Shown piece by piece: positions 61,488 to 64,000 of a stretch of 64,000 bases of DNA (its first letter is position 1; every line of letters starts with the position of its first letter). The position numbers and the translations under genes were made by a program. This stretch comes from Octopus sinensis (taxonomy: Eukaryota). The notes beneath the pieces were generated by a model, which worked only from the letters and a program-made list of their open reading frames with translations, had not been told where the DNA came from and ran no database searches. The DNA is taken from positions 45,508,001-45,572,000 of the forward strand of contig NC_043003.1 in NCBI RefSeq assembly GCF_006345805.1, in the 5' to 3' direction.

Positions 61488-63894
61488 GCAGGCAGGCAGG
61501 TAGGTAGGTAGGTAGGTAGGTAGTAGATAGATAGATACATACATACATACATATTCATACAATTATATACATTTGTGTGTGGGGGGGGCGCGGGTATGTG
61601 TAACTAAGTTTGTGTGTGCGTAGATTCTTGTAGGATTCTGTTCACTCATGGATGTTGTTGGTATTTTACATATGCTTGAAGGAATGATCGGAAGGATGCG
61701 AGCCAATGATGAGACAAACAGGTAGGCAGAGGCGATGAGAGTGAAGTCAGTGGGTGTGTCAAGTTTATTTGGCAAGACATTGTCTAGCTACTTGCCTAAG
61801 TGTCTTATTTCGAAATCCATAGACACATATACATATATAGTGTCAGCAATGTAAGGATGTATACATCAAATACTTGTGCGCGAGTGAGTGTGTTTGAGTA
61901 CGTGCGCGTGTATTTGAGTAATGCAATGTATAGATGTTGTAAGCGTAGAATATGTTACTGGTTAATTAGCAGCTAGTAAGCATGTGTTGAGGATCAATTG
62001 CAGAAACAATAACAGTAGCTACTTGTTGACAGCACCTAAGTATACGAAAAACGAGGAAACCTACCAAGCTAACGAGGGCGCTACTGTGTTTTACATAGGC
62101 TGGTCGGGTTTCGAAAGAAAACGTATGGATCATTTGAATCTGACAAGATATGAGTATATCTCTTTCTTTATTTCTGACGAGATATGAGTATATCGACTGA
62201 CTTTTGGTGCACATGTTGTGGAAATGTTAGGTTAAAAGGAACAAAGACCGACGTGGTAAAAGTACAAGCGATAAGACGGAGGCAAGGTCGAGAGATTAAA
62301 AAGTTACCTTTGCAATCATGAAATCTTGAGTTCGATCCTACTGTGGGACAATGCCAGTAAAGGTTATTTTTTCTTAGATAGTTTGAAGTGACTTTTAAAC
62401 TAGTTTAAGTAAAACTGCGAAAACCCTTCGTCTGTGCATAAAAGACAAAGAACCAGACTTGTCACACCGATTTTCCTTGCGGATTTACATTAAGTGTATC
62501 AATGTCTATGGAATATTCAGCCACTTATACTAAAATTCAGTTAGTAGATATTGCAATCGATCAAACAGCTGAAAGAGTTTTTGTCGAAACTGAAAGAGGA
62601 TTCATCTAAGCAAGAGACAAGCACAGGAGGGTTTATCAGATATTCTTTTTATCGTTTACTAATGAGGAAGGGCAAAGCCCATGATCGTTTTCAGTGCCTA
62701 CGCGACTGACCGGTGGGACAGATGAAATCTAACGCGAATACCTACATCAGAGTAGATTCTAATAAGAGTGCCTAAGTCTAGGTGATGGATTTGAACTCAG
62801 AGCAAGAATTGCTGCAATAAATAACACAAGGAATCATACCCCTCCCTCTAATAATTTCGCCAGTTCACGCCCGAGATTCGTAGGTTATTTTATTAACTGC
62901 GGAAGGAATAAAAAGCAAAGATGACCCCCGGCAAGATTTGAACACAGAATGTAAGGAGCCGAAGTAAATGCCACAATGTATTTCACTCGACGCTCTAAGG
63001 GCTCTGTTGGAGAAAACAAGTTCATCTTCCATGTTATATTCTATTTGGTTCTAAAAAGACAGATACTAGTAGCTCTTTCTTTCTCTTTGTCAACTTGTCA
63101 CTCACCCTCCCCCTCTCTCCCTTTCTTCATATACCATGGTTACAGGTGTTGGCTATCATGAACCTCCACGACAAAAACTAAAGATTTTATGTTTGTTTTC
63201 TAGGTAAAAGCAGTTTTTTTATGTTGCTTTATGTTGGTTTATTAAGTTTTCTTTACTAATTCTCTGATCTCCCAAGCTCACCCTTAAGGCATAATATCAA
63301 TTTAATCTTTTGGTGGAAAAACAGGAGAATAAGATCAGAAAATTTCTACACACTGGTGATCCTGTGTGGCACATGTATAGAAGTCATCCTCTGAGCCCTT
63401 AGCCTCAACACCATCTTCTCCTATTTGATCCATAACTGGTGCCCTTGACAACTGCTACAACCCTATGAAAACCTGACAGTGTGGCGCAATCACAATATAT
63501 ATATTGATTCTTCATATAAAGTCAGCGGATCCAGATGATGTAGTTGATTGAATCGACAACACTGCTTGATTGATAATTCATTTAATATACTTTAGAATTT
63601 TGAGAAGAGGACGTTATTCAATTTTATGGAACCGTGTACAAGATGAGTACTTCATTTTATTGACCTTCGGAGGAAGGGAATATGAAGCTGACATCGGTAA
63701 GATTTTAACGCAGTGCTCAGAAGATCAAAACAAATACCATAAAGTAGATTACCTAATGCCCAAGTGGTTCAAACAATTTGCAACATGGATTATTACTAAT
63801 AATACTTGATATTTTCTATTAAGCTTGGGAGATTGTGAGTTTATGATGCTCACTCACTTTCCAAAGGTAATTAAATTCGGGGTCTCTGTATGTC

Positions 63895-64000
63895 TTGTGA
63901 GACTAAGGATCTGCACCTGGAATGTTCATCTCAGAAGTGTTTACCCATGCAAGAATTTATTTTATATGGGAAAGCAGCAGTTGTTCATATAAGCAGGTCT
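63895..64000 (+). pseudogene. Possible start of a LINE AP-endonuclease domain
   Basis: 63903-63926 encodes LRICTWNV (cf. I.TWNV motif); truncated by the window end. Confidence 0.35.

Noticed and set aside
63596-63696. Possible 101-bp coding exon (TTTAG|...|GTAAGA, one open frame)
   Set aside because: No recognisable homology or partner exons; it may be LINE 5' sequence given the TWNV motif downstream.

Overview
AT-rich, microsatellite-saturated animal genomic DNA, most likely from an octopus. This is inferred from memory of the tRNA-derived SINE families and simple repeats; no database search was run. No intact host protein-coding gene, tRNA, rRNA or CRISPR array is supportable, and nearly all ORFs in the track are microsatellite or SINE artefacts. 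The window is intronic or intergenic. It holds dozens of copies of at least three tRNA-derived SINE families (called A, B and C here), decayed LINE fragments (L1/Tx1, RTE, CR1-like, probable Dong/R4), Penelope-like elements with hammerhead-like motifs, MITEs (mariner, hAT, piggyBac-like), MULE and hAT transposase relics, two long hairpins and a near-perfect 1.27-kb tandem duplication. The most interesting signal is a nested retrotransposition system. SINE A shares its 3' tail with an L1/Tx1-like LINE, and both SINE A and an ORF-bearing element with the same tail insert at two fixed positions in the SINE A head. This builds nested arrays with visible 15-19 bp target-site duplications (TSDs).
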